Source of the DNA: Paragordius varius
Lineage: Eukaryota; Animalia; Nematomorpha
Assembly: GCA_964247055.1 (NCBI GenBank)
Contig: OZ176052.1
Span: 10,478,001-10,542,000 of the forward strand
Direction of reading: 5' to 3'
Length of the DNA stretch: 64,000 nt
The translations under genes and the position numbers were made by a program. Each line of letters opens with the position of its first letter. Positions within the stretch are counted from its first letter, which is position 1. The notes under the pieces were generated by a model. That model saw only the letters and a program-made list of their open reading frames with translations, ran no database searches and had not been told where the DNA came from. Below are positions 26,701 through 39,825 of this stretch, in pieces.

Positions 26701-29700
26701 CAAAAACTATAGCTATCGATTTATTAAAACAATGATATTTTTATGTGTTTATACTTCATCCTTTCAATTTTAACAGTTAATATAAAACAAATATTGAAAA
26801 AAACATACAAATCTTATTCGATAAGATAATTTGTATCAGCTAAATAAATTAATTTCGTAGAAAAGGAAAAAAATGCGGCTTTTCAATTGGAAAACAAATA
26901 AGAAAAAAAACGGACAAACGATGATTATAATGGCATGATAAATGCATAAAAAATTAAATCAGAATATTTTATAATTACCCCATAATTTAGGCGTCCTGGT
27001 GGGTGTGTATTATATAATAAAGTAAATGTAGAAATCCTACTATTATATTATTAACAATTTATCATAAACAGTTATCAAAATGATAAATATAATTTTTGAT
27101 AGATAATAATTACCCTGAATTTATTGATTACATCATCATATAAATTTTCAAGTGAAATTTATTTTTACTAAAAGAAAAAATGACAAATCAAGGGAAGTAC
27201 TTATATGGTATAAAAAATTTTACAGTTAAATCAATGCAACTAGGGATAAATCAAAAAAATATTTCTATAGTAAATGATCCATCAGCTAATCCATTATACT
27301 TTTTAAAAAAATATTTTGTTTTTAAGTCTTTACCTTTTGACTTTTTCAGGAGTTTCTTTTTTAACACCAGCGGTACTTTTTGTCTCTGTTGTTACTAATG
27401 GAGAAGGAGTTTGTTTCTTAGCGGGCCTAGATTTAGCTTTGGGTGAAGCGCTTGGAGTCGAATATTTTGCTAATTTTTCTGAAGCGGTTGATTCTTGAGA
27501 AGTTGGGCTATCTGGAACCTTGACTGGCCTTTCTACTGTAGCAGGTTTTTTTGAATCTGGCGATCCTGATTTATCTGTGATCGCTGGAGACCTAATTATT
27601 TATAATGATTTTTATTTATATATATAAATAAACGGATTAGATAAAAAGCAGATTAAATAGTAAATGAATAATTATTATGGATGATGAGGTAAAAAACCTA
27701 TGAATAACTTTCGGATTTGGCTAATAAAGGATAGATTGGTAGCATAGATAACAATTTATAATTTATTTTATTGGTGAAAATTGCAAATTATTTATATATA
27801 TAATATTTGATGGACACAGAAAATCGATTTTTAATAATTAAAAAAAAATTATATTCCATATAAGTAGAATATATTGAAAAAATTTTGTTATGCAATAAAC
27901 ATGTTTTATAACTATAAAATGTACTAGACAATAGTAATTTCTCTATATATTCATAGAAAACTTTATGCAACGCCACGCTTCACAAATTAAAAAACCCCTA
28001 TCACAAAAGATCTGTAGTGGCTTCACCAGACTATACGTCTGCTAAGATGTGATATAAATTTAATATTTTAATTCAAAAGCCACAAAATGAAAATACAGTC
28101 ATATGATGATAATATTTTTTTCTAGAGCCTTTATATATATCATAAATGATTAAATCAGTTTATATTATTAATAAAGCGTTTTAGAAGCAAGTTCCCTATT
28201 ATAATGAGCTGTTAAGAAGACAAATAACATTTTTATGGCAATGTTTTAACAATACATATTAGTTAGATTATAATTTTTTTATCTAATATTTGTTGGATTA
28301 AGCGAATTTCTAAAAGAAAATTAATTATGAGATGTAAATACAAATCATGTTATGTCTTTCGATAAAAATTGGGGCAGTTAAAAAAGTAATTTGTAATTTA
28401 TAGTATTAGACTTTAAAACAAAAATTTAGACACCAAAATCCATTAAATGAATAATTTAATTTTTTCTAATAGTATATCAAAAGGTTTTATCCACATAATA
28501 AACTTTTTAAGTTTTGGCAGATAGTTCAATATTGAATTCGATATAAAGTTTATTATAAAATAGTTTACTTGGTTAGTACCAATTTGTATTGAGGTGTTCA
28601 ATAAACCAAAAAATTTCTTTTCATGGTAAATATATTCGTGAAAAATTAAAATTATATATGTATAAATAAAAAATATTCGCAAATTAAAATTATATATAAA
28701 TAAAATATAATTGGTAATTGTTTAAAGGTGAATGCAAAACAAATGGCTGCCACCTCTAATTATAAGGAAAGATGTTAAATTCAATGATAATTAATTACCT
28801 ATAAAGTCCAGAATATCCAATGAATATTAAATAATTTACAATAAAAAATTATTCTGGATGAACTCTCTGGCTTTCTTATAATATTTTATGAAAACTGTAC
28901 TAATATATAAAAGATCTCTTCCTATAATCCATCCTGAATCAGCATTATAAGTTTAATAGAAAAAAAATATTTTTTTATACAACGCAAAAATATTAAAACA
29001 GAGATTATAATTATTTTTGTATATAAGAAATTTTATAGGTTTTTAAGAACCATATGGAAAATGGGATTTTGAACTGGCACGAATTCCATAGAGAAGAACT
29101 CTTTTATAACATATAAAAATAATCTATTATACATATATATGTGAATGTTATTGATTATGCATTAATCCATAATAATTCAACAGGCATGTATTGTAATTAA
29201 ATCCAATCAAAATGTTCCAACAAAATTGGGAAATGAATCTAATAAATAAATTAACCACAATTGTCAATACAGAATTGGGGTGAATATTGTTAAAATGCAT
29301 TATCAAACGTAAAATTAAAAATATGTACATCTGTACCTAAGTGGACGCAAAAAATTTGGAGAAATTAATTATAAAATGAAACTAGATAAATAGGATTTCA
29401 AGTGTGAGTTATCAAGATTTGTCACCGATATGGGAAAAATATTTCAAAAAATGCAGATATAAGGATATTATTGTTTGGAATTTTTATAATATAATAATAT
29501 ATTTTACATTTTTAATTTGATTTTTTGAGAGGGGGACGGAGAAATTTTTATTTTCAATTTGGTGGGGCGTGAACAAATTAATGAATATGATATTGTTAAT
29601 ATTATAAAGCTCTTGTTTTTTCCATTCCTTAACAAATATTTATACCCATTTAACGAAAGAAAATAAATTTTTGATAAAATAAAGGATACATGACTGTAAT

Positions 29701-32700
29701 AATAATAATAATGACTGGTCCGTAATTGATGCAATTTATGGTAACGATTAAATCAATACCGAAATTTTTACTAAAATAATGTTACTTTAACACTTCGATT
29801 CAAATTGGGGTATCTAAATACCCCAGACTAAATTTGAGTTAGAGTTTTTAAAAAACTACTGAAGGAAACGGTATTAATTTAAATTTATGCTTCTATCCTA
29901 ATAAAAATTATATAAATATGCCAAAATATCTAAATAAAATTTTGTTTTGAAAAAAAAGTTTCATGTAAAACTACTTCGACGCCATTTTTATTTTGTGATA
30001 TGTTTGCGAAATATCGTCTTCATTCAATAAGGGTAAAATTAAAGCGAATTTTTTATTTAATTTACATTTAACATTGATAGAAATAGAAAAAGCTGTTTAT
30101 TTTGTATTATTTTTCAATTTTACCATTGCACGCATGTCACGTTGACTAAATTTTTACCTTTCGGTTTAGGCTTAAAATAAGTAATATCAAGTATTTTTAA
30201 ATAAAAATTTTACATATTTTGGTTTATTAATGTTATATAAGTGCAAGATTTTGCCATGGTTTCGATTCCTTCAATATTTTTTAAATAAATTTATGTGTTG
30301 TATCTAAGTGTTAATAGAGAAAATGAAAATTATTTTCTTAAAGTCAGTTTAACATTTTTAATCCCGTCCTGCGTTTTGCTCTTTCTAACTCTTTAACGTT
30401 CATTCATTATGCACATACGATCGCAGAAAATGTCGAAAAAATGCAACTGTAATGAGATAAATAGTCTGCAAATAAATCTCACCAAAACAAAAATATTAGC
30501 AATCGACAGGAAAGCTGCTTGCCAACAATTCAATAGCCATTAACGTAAATTTTATTTATATTAGAAAATTACACGAATCTAAGTTTAACAAGAAAAGATT
30601 ATTAAACCCGAGATTAACACAGAATATCCGAAAACGACCACTAATTATAATAAATTCGGACTCACATGCCAGTCAATGCAATTATCTCTTACTGTGTTAA
30701 GAAGGCATCTGAAAAAAATTGATAAATGGCTAGTAATTCTTTTGAGTTCATTATTTAATAGCAAACTCTTCAAAAATCGAAAACTACAAACACATCGATC
30801 TTAACTAAAATCTACCCTTATATGTTATTGCTTGGTGTGTACTAAATTGGGAAAAATAGCGGCATAAGTAAAAGAGGCCGTAGATTAATAGGCGGATGGA
30901 CAATATTCTTAAAACCAATTTAACCTTGCAAGCTGAATTAAAACAGCAATATATGGAGAGTTATCATATTGAAGTAGGTCGACAACACAATTACAACAAC
31001 CAAATACTATAAAAAGTCTTTTTGCTAAAATATTATTTATGTACACAGTTTATAAAAGAGATATCCTGATGAATTATATTTATTGATGAAAATTGTATAA
31101 GGTCATAGCGCTTTTGGTTTTGGGACTTACGAGTCATTTCATGTAGTATTACCATTTTTATAGGGAGATCCACTAAAGTCGCAAAATAACTTAGATTTTA
31201 TTTATGACATTATTTTCGGGAAAAGCTAAAGACATCATTTTGTTAACATTCCATTAATTTTTGGGGTGGTTTTATATCCCAGAGCGGTAATTGGAATATC
31301 TTAAAAAGTATATAAGGTATTAAGCCATAAAATGTTTTTAAAATGTTAAATTGTAAAAAAATCATAATTAATTTTTGTCGCCCTTTTTTTCATTAAATTT
31401 TCTTAAATCGCTAATGCAACAGGCAAATAAATATATATTATGGTTAGAAAATGTAGATAATCAACTTTAAAAAGCTTTGCTATATTTACCAACAAAAACT
31501 AGACATATTTTGATTTTAATATCAGCTGTTTTTTCAATCGTGTTTTGGAGCTGTCCCAATTTTAGACTCTAGAAGTGGCAAAACTATAAAAAATATAAGC
31601 CTTTTTAAATAATACATGAAAATAATATTTGATTTAAACTTTAACTAAAATATACTTCATTGTAGTTTATTTACAAAATTGAGCTTTGAAATATAGAACT
31701 ACCCTAAAAAGTAAATTAGAACAAAAAAATAAAGGTAATGATGTTTTAATATATTTTATAAATACACCAAAACTCCAAATTGGGCTATACTTAAAATAAA
31801 CGCAAAAGTGCAGGGATTAGACGATAAGAAGTTTTATTGGCTGTCGGTTCGGTTCTACTGATTTTCATATGATTTTTTTATTTTTAAAAATTTATAAAAA
31901 ACCAATTTATTATTACAATATAGTAAAAAGCCAAAATATATTATTGTGAATAATTGTGCATCATTATAATGTCCTAATTTACTTTGTAAAAATAAAAAAT
32001 TTTTTGCTTTAAAATTAAATTATAGATAAAAAGAAGGTTCGATTTTATAAAATCAATATGAAAAGCAAAAAATATTCTGATACCCTTTGCTTCTTCTTTA
32101 AATCTTTATTTATTTTACAAGTTAATAATTTCGGTTACATATAATTTCTAGGTCCAATGTATACATCTGAAAATTTTTTACTATATTTATTTGTTTTATT
32201 TTTTCCAATTATTCAAAATCAAGCATTCATTTTATTTTAGATGAGTATGCGTCCCAGTTTAAGATTTAAATATTTTTATATTAACATAGTTGCTTTTTAT
32301 GGCTACTCAAAATCTGTTAATAATTCAAAATATACTAACATGAAAGCATTTAAAAGTCTTGCCTTGATTAAAACAATGACAAAAAATTGTTATTAAGTAT
32401 AAAAATACATGTAATGTGGTTGGCTGATAATGCAGTTTTTATTCACGAAAATTGTATGATTCCTCAAAAATTATGCATGTAACAAGATATTAAATGTTTT
32501 ATCGAAACCAAAAGCTTTCTACAATTTATTTGATCTGGTCCAATATTTGGGCTTAAAGCCGTCCGTCTTAATTTTTAATAAAATTTTTATGGCGAAAATA
32601 CCCAAAATATTTGAAATAATTAAACTTTACAGCCTGGAGGAGCAAAGGGGATATTTATATTATTAATAAGTAATGTGAGTTAAGCATCAAAACCAAACTG

Positions 32701-34739
32701 ATATGAATTTCAGGTAATCAAATAATTAATTTAATAACCTAGCTGATCTTTAGGTTCAAAAAATTTGCCGAGCGCCCCATTTAAAAGATGCAAAAAATGG
32801 GCATAATTTTTTTATTATATTTCAATCATGAATGAGATAATTATTTTTTTGTTTGTTCTGTTGATTTAGGAAATAATATTTTAGCTATTTTATAAATCTA
32901 CAAGAATTGTTACTCTTCATCAAAACAAATTTGAACACATTTATATATTGTCGTCTAAAACTATGAATAAATGATTATAAATAACCTATAGTTTACGAAA
33001 TTTATTATCAGAGTAATATGTGGTGTATATAAATATTTAACGGACTTAAAATAATTATTTACCGATCAATTGGTGATGTTAAACAAAATAGATATTCTGA
33101 AGTGATAAATTAAAAAATAATACTTTACATATATAAATTTTATTTAGACATTTTAATGTAAATGATTATTTGGTTTTTTTTTCAAAATTTTTCCAGGCTG
33201 TAAAATAAATGGAGCCGCATGCGGCCTGGGGGCCGCGTGTTGAACCCCCACATTTAAACAAATTCTTATTTTAAACACAAAAAAATGTATTAAAGTCAAA
33301 TAGAAAATGACTGTGTTCGCCTGTTCTAACAACCCCTCCCCTCATTACCATATGAAAAATATAAATAATACAATAATAAAAATGTTAATTACTTTGCTTT
33401 GTTTCGGTCGGATTTTTCTGGCTTGGATGGCCTAGCACCCATTTGGAAACCAAAGAATCGAATAGGTGTAAATTTGGGGCTAAATTAGTTATTAAAATTA
33501 ATCAGTTTTTATATCGTAACACGAATATAAATATAATTTTTATTCGATGAATTAACTTATTTCCATTTTTATTGATGAGAGTTAGTTTTCTTATGAAAAC
33601 TATCGTTTCTCCACAACTCCCCCCATATTCACACTAAAAGATAATTTTTTTACATTTCAAATTTAATCAATTCTCATCTATACAAACTACATAAAAATAA
33701 CTCCTTATCACACATGTTATTTCACTATAATAAAACTATCGGAAAATCGTTATAAAATATAAAAAATAATCGAACAAAGAAATTAATGCTTTTCTCTCTC
33801 CATCCATCCTTATGAGAATATTGAAATAGAAAAATTTTTTATTAGAAACAATTTTATTTCCCTAACTCATCTTGGTAATGTTTTGTTCTGAAGAAATTGG
33901 GAATTGCACCATATGGCAAATCAGGTTAAAATAATTTTTTAATCAAACTTCTGCCATAGAAATCCAGTAAAATCTTATTAAGCTAATGTGAAAACCACAT
34001 ATATAAACATTAAAAAAATAATTATATAAAAATTAAAATAATTTTTTGAAAGGTGTTAATCTAGGCACATACGAATATTTCTTTAATTATAATTAAACCC
34101 TGAAGAGCAAAATTCTTGTAAAAAAACTGATTTGAGCACAAAAAGAAATTTTAAAATGGTATTTGTTAAACATTTGAGAGTTCTAATTAAAGTAGGTTAA
34201 TAAATATACTTATACAGTAAATATACTTTTAACGACAAAACGTAGGAGCCGATAGACAAATATTTTTGATTTATTTATCATATAAGTGATTATGTATAAA
34301 AGAGTGTTATTAATTTACATCTCATATTCGGTAACGTCTCAGAGTTTTTAAAGAAATGTATTTAAAAGTATGGCTGACTGTTTAAAAAATTTGTCTTCAA
34401 GTTTTTATGTCTGTTTTTATATTTTTAATTTGTCATAAACACAAGTTATTTTTAATTCTACAACATTACTTTAATTAGACATTATATTGATTACAAAACC
34501 AATCGATTTGGTATAAAAAACCACATAAAAAAGTAAGAAAAAAAATGAACGAATTACGCCGGTTCCGATTCATCAGAATCTGAAGATGTGGTCGAACTGC
34601 TAGAAGACTTCTTTTTCTCAGTCCTTTTCTTAGCTGTTGTGCTGGTGGAATGTTTTACCGCTGTTGAAGACGGCGGGACTTGCGATTTTCGATTTTTATC
34701 AGCAGAGCTACGTCGTAGTGTGGCAAGCATTTTTTTCAT
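20726..34739 (-). CDS. TMOD: Tropomodulin (actin pointed-end capping protein), long isoform of 754 aa
   Basis: Phase-consistent exons in transcription order: 34558-34739, 33393-33479, 27334-27591, 24710-25058, 24505-24641, 24036-24221, 23355-23493, 23120-23276, 22939-23058, 22375-22461, 22050-22180, 21847-21954, 21613-21756, 21202-21349, 20726-20757 (total 2265 nt). Motifs: LSPREIDELANDVDPDPMLPPSERC...KAPTGPLNRRNLLKYLE; EPPNTTDPESSLRSLEKNDPALVSLNLNNI; LRR SLNLESNAL; LGNKAEMEIA...ARVRIASYLKRNQD. The core is certain; the joining of the N-terminal exons is less so. Confidence 0.92.
21074..21123 (-). CDS. Candidate alternative last exon of tropomodulin (...RNQDA-WNKIPSDFFRLFLIFV*)
   Basis: tttttag acceptor in the correct phase (1) inside the last intron. 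Gives a hydrophobic C-terminus instead of -LRIKRRQSQT*. Confidence 0.25.
23659..23699 (-). CDS. Candidate alternative first coding exon of tropomodulin (MLRMRYPFIWPPP-), giving a short isoform
   Basis: GC-richer island in the intron just upstream of the conserved core. ATG follows an in-frame stop and the exon ends TG|gtatat in phase 2, matching the acceptor at 23493. Confidence 0.4.
25282..25846. repeat. MITE-like dispersed repeat, family D, in a tropomodulin intron
   Basis: Inverted ends ttttggggtagtt / aattaccctaaaa. The blocks ttttatatcccaga and tcgctaat...ggcaaat...attatggttagaaaatg are shared with 31258-31710 and partly with 59496-59800. Confidence 0.55.
26268..26340. repeat. Short dispersed repeat, family E (also ~20985-21030 inverted and ~54300-54385)
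   Basis: Shared caattgg..tacagtagc(g/a)ta(t/c)gatat...ttgtccataattaaataaa motif at three loci. Confidence 0.5.
29787..30314 (+). mobile_element. piggyBac-like TTAA-flanked MITE, full length
   Basis: ttaa-CACTTCGATT ... GTATCTAAGTG-ttaa, with a TTAA duplication. Inside a tropomodulin intron. Confidence 0.75.
30400..30990 (+). mobile_element. Highly decayed 3' fragment of a non-LTR retrotransposon (RTE-like reverse transcriptase C-terminus)
   Basis: Reads LQINLTKTKILAIDR (compare GLxINxxKTKxM). Downstream aaaagaggccgtagattaataggcggatggacaatatt resembles the GKRxRGRPxxRWxDxI tail. Many stops and frameshifts. Confidence 0.5.
31258..31710. repeat. MITE-like dispersed repeat, family D
   Basis: Inverted ends ttttggggtggtt / aactaccctaaaa. 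Homologous to 25282-25846. Confidence 0.55.
32630..33200. mobile_element. Possible Tc1/mariner-type MITE
   Basis: ta-CAGCCTGGA ... TCCAGGCTG-ta: a 9-bp perfect inverted repeat with TA on both sides. No second copy recognised. Confidence 0.3.
33205..33250. repeat. Right-end fragment of a hAT-Charlie-type MITE
   Basis: gccgcatgcggcctgggggccgcgtgttgaacccc is the typical subterminal GC palindrome plus TIR remnant. A related left end, cagcggtactcaaact...gggccgcatgtggccc, is at ~61892-61932. Confidence 0.45.
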
Positions 34740-36738
34740 TTCACCATTAATTTTTACCCCTTCCCACTAACTAACTAATTAACTTCTTAATTAGTAATAA
34801 ATAATTGGATGTATATGGTTGGATAAAAGCCAAATAGAATGTGATTATTTTTCTTGTTGTTCAAATATCCAAAGAACAATTTTAAAATCAAATTTTGCTA
34901 CACAGAATATATCCGAATTATACGGGTTAATCTACTACTGCAACAAACATTTAATGAGTTTTGGCGCATGCACACACTTGATAAATCAATATATGTTAAA
35001 AGAGAAATAAATAATTTTTCCCCAATATATACGATATTTTAAACAATGCTTGAATATATATAATATTTATGATTAATTCTATATGAGTTATAAAATAATA
35101 AATATATAGTAAGAATCTTAACCGATAATTATCTAATAATAATAGTAATATATATAAATATATGTTGGGAATAATTTTTTATATATACTGTTATAAAACA
35201 TATCAAATATCAGTATTAAAACAGTGCTATTCATTTTGCAAAACAAAAAATATGAGTAGCCCAATCTCAGCCATTATTCCGCTTAACTTTAAAAATATTA
35301 TAAAATAGTATATATATTCTGTTTACAACTATAAGCATGATAGAAACAAATAAAACTTTGAAACAAAACTATTTTTTTCGCTTGCTGAATTTGTCAATAT
35401 GATTTTCCCAAACTTTTAATCATTTTTACTAAAATATTTAAATGTCGTAAAATAAACATAATGTAACAAAGGAGTTTTAAATATCAAGTATTCAAAGTTA
35501 AGTGGGACCGTACAAGAATCGTTGTGGGGTGGTATGGCAAACACCATTTTTTCTTTTCTGTTAAGAAAAGATTTTAGATTTATGATTCTGACATTGATAC
35601 GCATTTCATGAGAATTATTAAATAAATTTAATAAAATAGATATCCATTATAGGGCATAAAGGCCCCAAATTAACGGCTAATAAAAAAACGCCTGACCTTA
35701 GTTTTTACCTAGTTACGGGAAATATTTCAAATTTTGTCCTATGACTTCATAATTTTTATGTAAATAAGCTCAAAACAACGCAATTTCTACATAGTAGCAC
35801 AGTTTTTGGCGGATAGCTTCTTATCCAAGGTCAGGTACAAAAAAGCGTAGGGCAAAATTTTTACCTTTATATGGGGAATATCTGGAATTATCATGGATTC
35901 CATATGTTCCTATAAGTTCTTGGAAAAATTGCTTCAAAATAAAAAATTATTCTATGACGGCGCATTTTTCAGAGCGCAAAACTTTACTAGAGACTCAATA
36001 TAACCCACTAAACTAAAATATTTGTTTTTTAAGGGGTAATAAATATTTTAGGCTCTTATTGAACTCACATAGTCTTATTGATTTCTGATATTTGCTCCAA
36101 AGAAATGCTGTCTCGATATGGTGACGTAGTTTTAGGCGGGTAGCCCCCTAAGCAGGGGTGAAACAAAAAAACGTTCGCTCGATTAAAATTTTTGCCTTAA
36201 CGGATAATACCTGGAATCATGATTGATTACATATGTTCTAGTGGGATTTTCAAAAAATTGCCTCAAAACCAAAAAGTCATTCTATGATGGCGCATTTTTC
36301 AGGACAAAGGCCAAATTAAGGGTAGTTTTACAAAACCGTTCTACTTAAACTTTTGCCTTTTTAAGGAATATTTCAAGCCCTATTGAAGTCAAATGGTTTG
36401 ATAAGTTTTCTAAAATTGGCCTCCAGGTCACGCTGTATCGATATGGTGGCGCAGTTGAAGGCGGGTAGCCCCTAACCAGAGGCCAATATAAAAAAGACGT
36501 TCGATAAGAAAATTTGCCTTTATAGGGCATTACCTGGAATCATCATCCATATGTTCTTAATAGTTTTTTGAAGAATGGCTTCAAAACTAAATAATAATTC
36601 AATGGTAGCGCAATTTTAGGGCGTAAAGGGCCTAACCGCTAATTTTAAAAAACCGCTCGACTGAAAATTTTGCCCCGTTTTATGGATAATATTTCAGGCC
36701 CTTATCAAATTTATATGGCCTGATAAGTTTTCTAATAA

Positions 36739-39700
36739 CACTGTGCAACAAAATATGGGGTCAATTTTCTGGACTCGATTTTCTAAATATTTTCTGATTC
36801 TTTATAGTATTGTGATCAGATTTGCGTAAAAAATTTTTTTACTTACCCAGCTCGTTTTCGAGATATGGGACTTTTTCCATATTTGGACATATCCAAAATT
36901 TTCTTGTTTGTAAATATTTTTCGCTATGTAAACAAATAATATGTGGCTTGCATATGTATTTTTACAAGATATTACCAATTTACCTTCAAAATAAAAAAAA
37001 ATTTACTCAAAATATCCAATACTTTTTGTTTTAGGGGGCAAAACCGTCAAAAATTGGGTAACTTAACATTTTTTCACACAAATATTTTTTATCAATTTAT
37101 TAAATCAAAACAAACTTTATTTTATGTTCTTGGATGTTAATAATGTTTGTTTAAGTATAAATATCACTTTGTAATAGCTTTGTGGACTTTAATTTTTAAA
37201 AATAAATTTAATTTTTACAGCTTTTTTGCTGTTTTTTTTATATAAAAAATGATTTAATTTACTCAGCTGTAAATACTAATTTCATTTTTTCATCTGAAAT
37301 TTTAAAATATTTACCATATATGATGTGTTCAACAATACTATTATGCCTTAAAATATAATCCTAACCAGGTAATTGTTTTTTTTAAAATTTAAGATGACCC
37401 CCGGGTTGATAAGTTTAAATTGACCTTATATTAGTTAGCTTATGAAAATATAATATCCTTCTCTCTTACCTTTGGCCGATGACAGATTTAATTGATAAAA
37501 AACTAATGAACATAGAAAAGCGGAGGTAGACCAACATCTAACTGGAAAAAAACAATAAATAATGATATAAATGTTGCCAACATTGATGATAACGCCTGGC
37601 AGGATCGCAAATATTACAGACAGCTTCTATACGGATACAATGGCTAGCCATTACACAAAGACGATACGAAAAGCATTATTTTGCATATTCACCTTTCTAC
37701 TCGAACTGCCCAAAAACGCCCCCCTCTAAATAGTTTACATAGATTTTTTGCTGTGAGATACAATATTTTTACCCGTGTAATAAGCGAAAAAAAGAATTTA
37801 TTATAGCATAAAAAATTATATATATCGTGTATAAAATATATTGCATTATATATAGTTTTAAAGCAATGTTGCATTAATATTTAGGGCCATGTGAATGAGC
37901 CAATTTTCAACCTCATTCACCTGGATTATGAGGAAGCATATGTTTGAGGGAGGTGATTGAGTTTTTGAGGTGGGAGTTTTGAAAATTTTTATCAGTATGA
38001 TGGATAACAGGTCTACACGCGATTTAGGTTATTTTGTTCAAATAATTTATAGCATCCCTCTTTATGAATACCGTAAAGAAATTAAGCAATGGCGAAGGCC
38101 TGTTTTATATTTTTATCAATATGATAAAAACAGTTACACGCGATTTATATGCGGGTCTTATTAAAAAGTTTTGTTTAGATAATTTCTAGATATTTGTGCC
38201 TCTTTATGAATCCGTAAATAAATTCAGCAATAACGAAAAGCTAAAGGTCTGGGAGGCTTTAGCCGAAGAAATGATCAATATTTAAATATTTATAAAATAT
38301 ATTCATTTATTGTGTAAAAATAAATTATTAATAAAATTATGTTAAATTAAATCGTTTCTCTGTACTCCTGTCTGATGGCTATTCAATATAGGTGTTGTCT
38401 GATCTTCTGATATAAAGTTTGCTAACTCATTTTCGTCAATGTTACCTATCGCTTTTATGGAAATATGTATTACCGAATACTCCGATTATCATTAGTAAGT
38501 AGCAGAGTTTCATGTCTAAAATAAACCAAATTTAAAAATACTCGATAGTATTCCTGATGATTTTACCATTTAGAATGGTTTCTAGTGAGGAAAAAATTAT
38601 ATGATGACATATTCTAAATTCTTGAAAAAACATATCAGTAGTTATACAATGATTTTCTAAATATTCATGAACTTGCTTATAAACTTCAACTAACTACCAT
38701 TTCTTGCCTAAATATATAAAAATAAAGCACTAAAAGCCCGAAAAATATTTTTTGATACATGTCCAATTTCCATAACCTACCATATACATATATTAAATGT
38801 ACTTTTTTAGGCTAATAGAGTTTTCAGATTCCAAAAATTCTTCCTAGTTCTCGAGATATAGGCTTTTGTAATAACCTTAACCCTGAACCAGGATTAAAAA
38901 TTCTTCTATCTCAACAGGATGAGGAAGGCTCATTCCCTCGGATTATTAAAAGTGGTAAATGAGCCGGCTCAACTGGCTCATTCACATGGCCCTTAGATGA
39001 AAGCATTCACAACCTAGATAATATACATTTTTAGCGTAACAAGGACAAAGGTGAATTATGCACTAAGGTAAGAGAGAAGGATAATACTATATTTTCATAA
39101 GCTAACTAATATAAGGTAAATTATTAAACATAACAACCCGACTATCATCCTACTTGGTTAGGATTATATTTTAAGGTATAAAATTTAGTATTCTTGAATA
39201 CATCATCCAGGTATCCAGAAAAGGGTGTGACAGGCTTGCTCCTTACCGTCACTGTATATGATAAATATTTAAAAATCTCAGATGAAAAAATGAAATTAGT
39301 ATATACAGCTGAGTAAATTAAATCATTTTTTACATAAAAAAAACAGCAAAAAAGCTGTAAAAATTAAATTTATTTTTAAAATTTAAAGTCCACAAAGCTA
39401 TTACAAAGTGATATTTATACTTAAACAAACATTATTAACATCCAAGAACATATAATAAAGTTTGTTTTGATTTAATAAATTGATAAAAAATATTTTTGTG
39501 AAAAAATGTTAAGTTACCCAATTTTTGACGGTTTTTGCCCCCTAAAACAAAAAGTATTGGATATTTTGAGTAAATTTTTTTTATTTTGAAGATAAATTGG
39601 TAATTTCTTGTAAAAATACTTATGTAAGCCACATATTATTTGTTTACATAGCGAAAAATATTTACAAACAAGAAAATTTTGGATATGTCCAAATATGGAA

Positions 39701-39825
39701 AAAGTCCCATATCTTGAAAACGAGCTGGGTAAGTAAAAAAAATTTTTACGCAAATCTGATCACAATACTATAAGGAATCACAAAATATTTAGAAAATCGA
39801 GTCCAGAAAAAGTTGTGTCACAGTG
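36739..39825. mobile_element. Foldback-type non-autonomous DNA transposon with ~730-760-bp inverted arms, CACTGTG termini and a TAA target duplication (CMC/Chapaev3-like by end structure)
   Basis: taa|CACTGTG ... CACAGTG|taa. Arms 36739-37472 and 39067-39825 are reverse complements; the ORFs 36822+/39514- and 36943+/39435- mirror each other. Superfamily is inferred from termini only. Confidence 0.75.
37884..38992. mobile_element. PIF/Harbinger transposon, internally deleted
   Basis: Perfect 19-bp TIR GGGCCATGTGAATGAGCCA and TTA TSD (37881-37883, 38993-38995). A + strand remnant at ~38196-38280 reads PLYESVNKFSNNEKLKVWEALAEEM (MADF/Myb-like, as in Harbinger ORF2). Confidence 0.85.

Noticed and set aside
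36822-39753. Mirror-image ORF pairs 36822+/39514- and 36943+/39435-
   Set aside because: They are chance frames in the two inverted arms of the foldback element.
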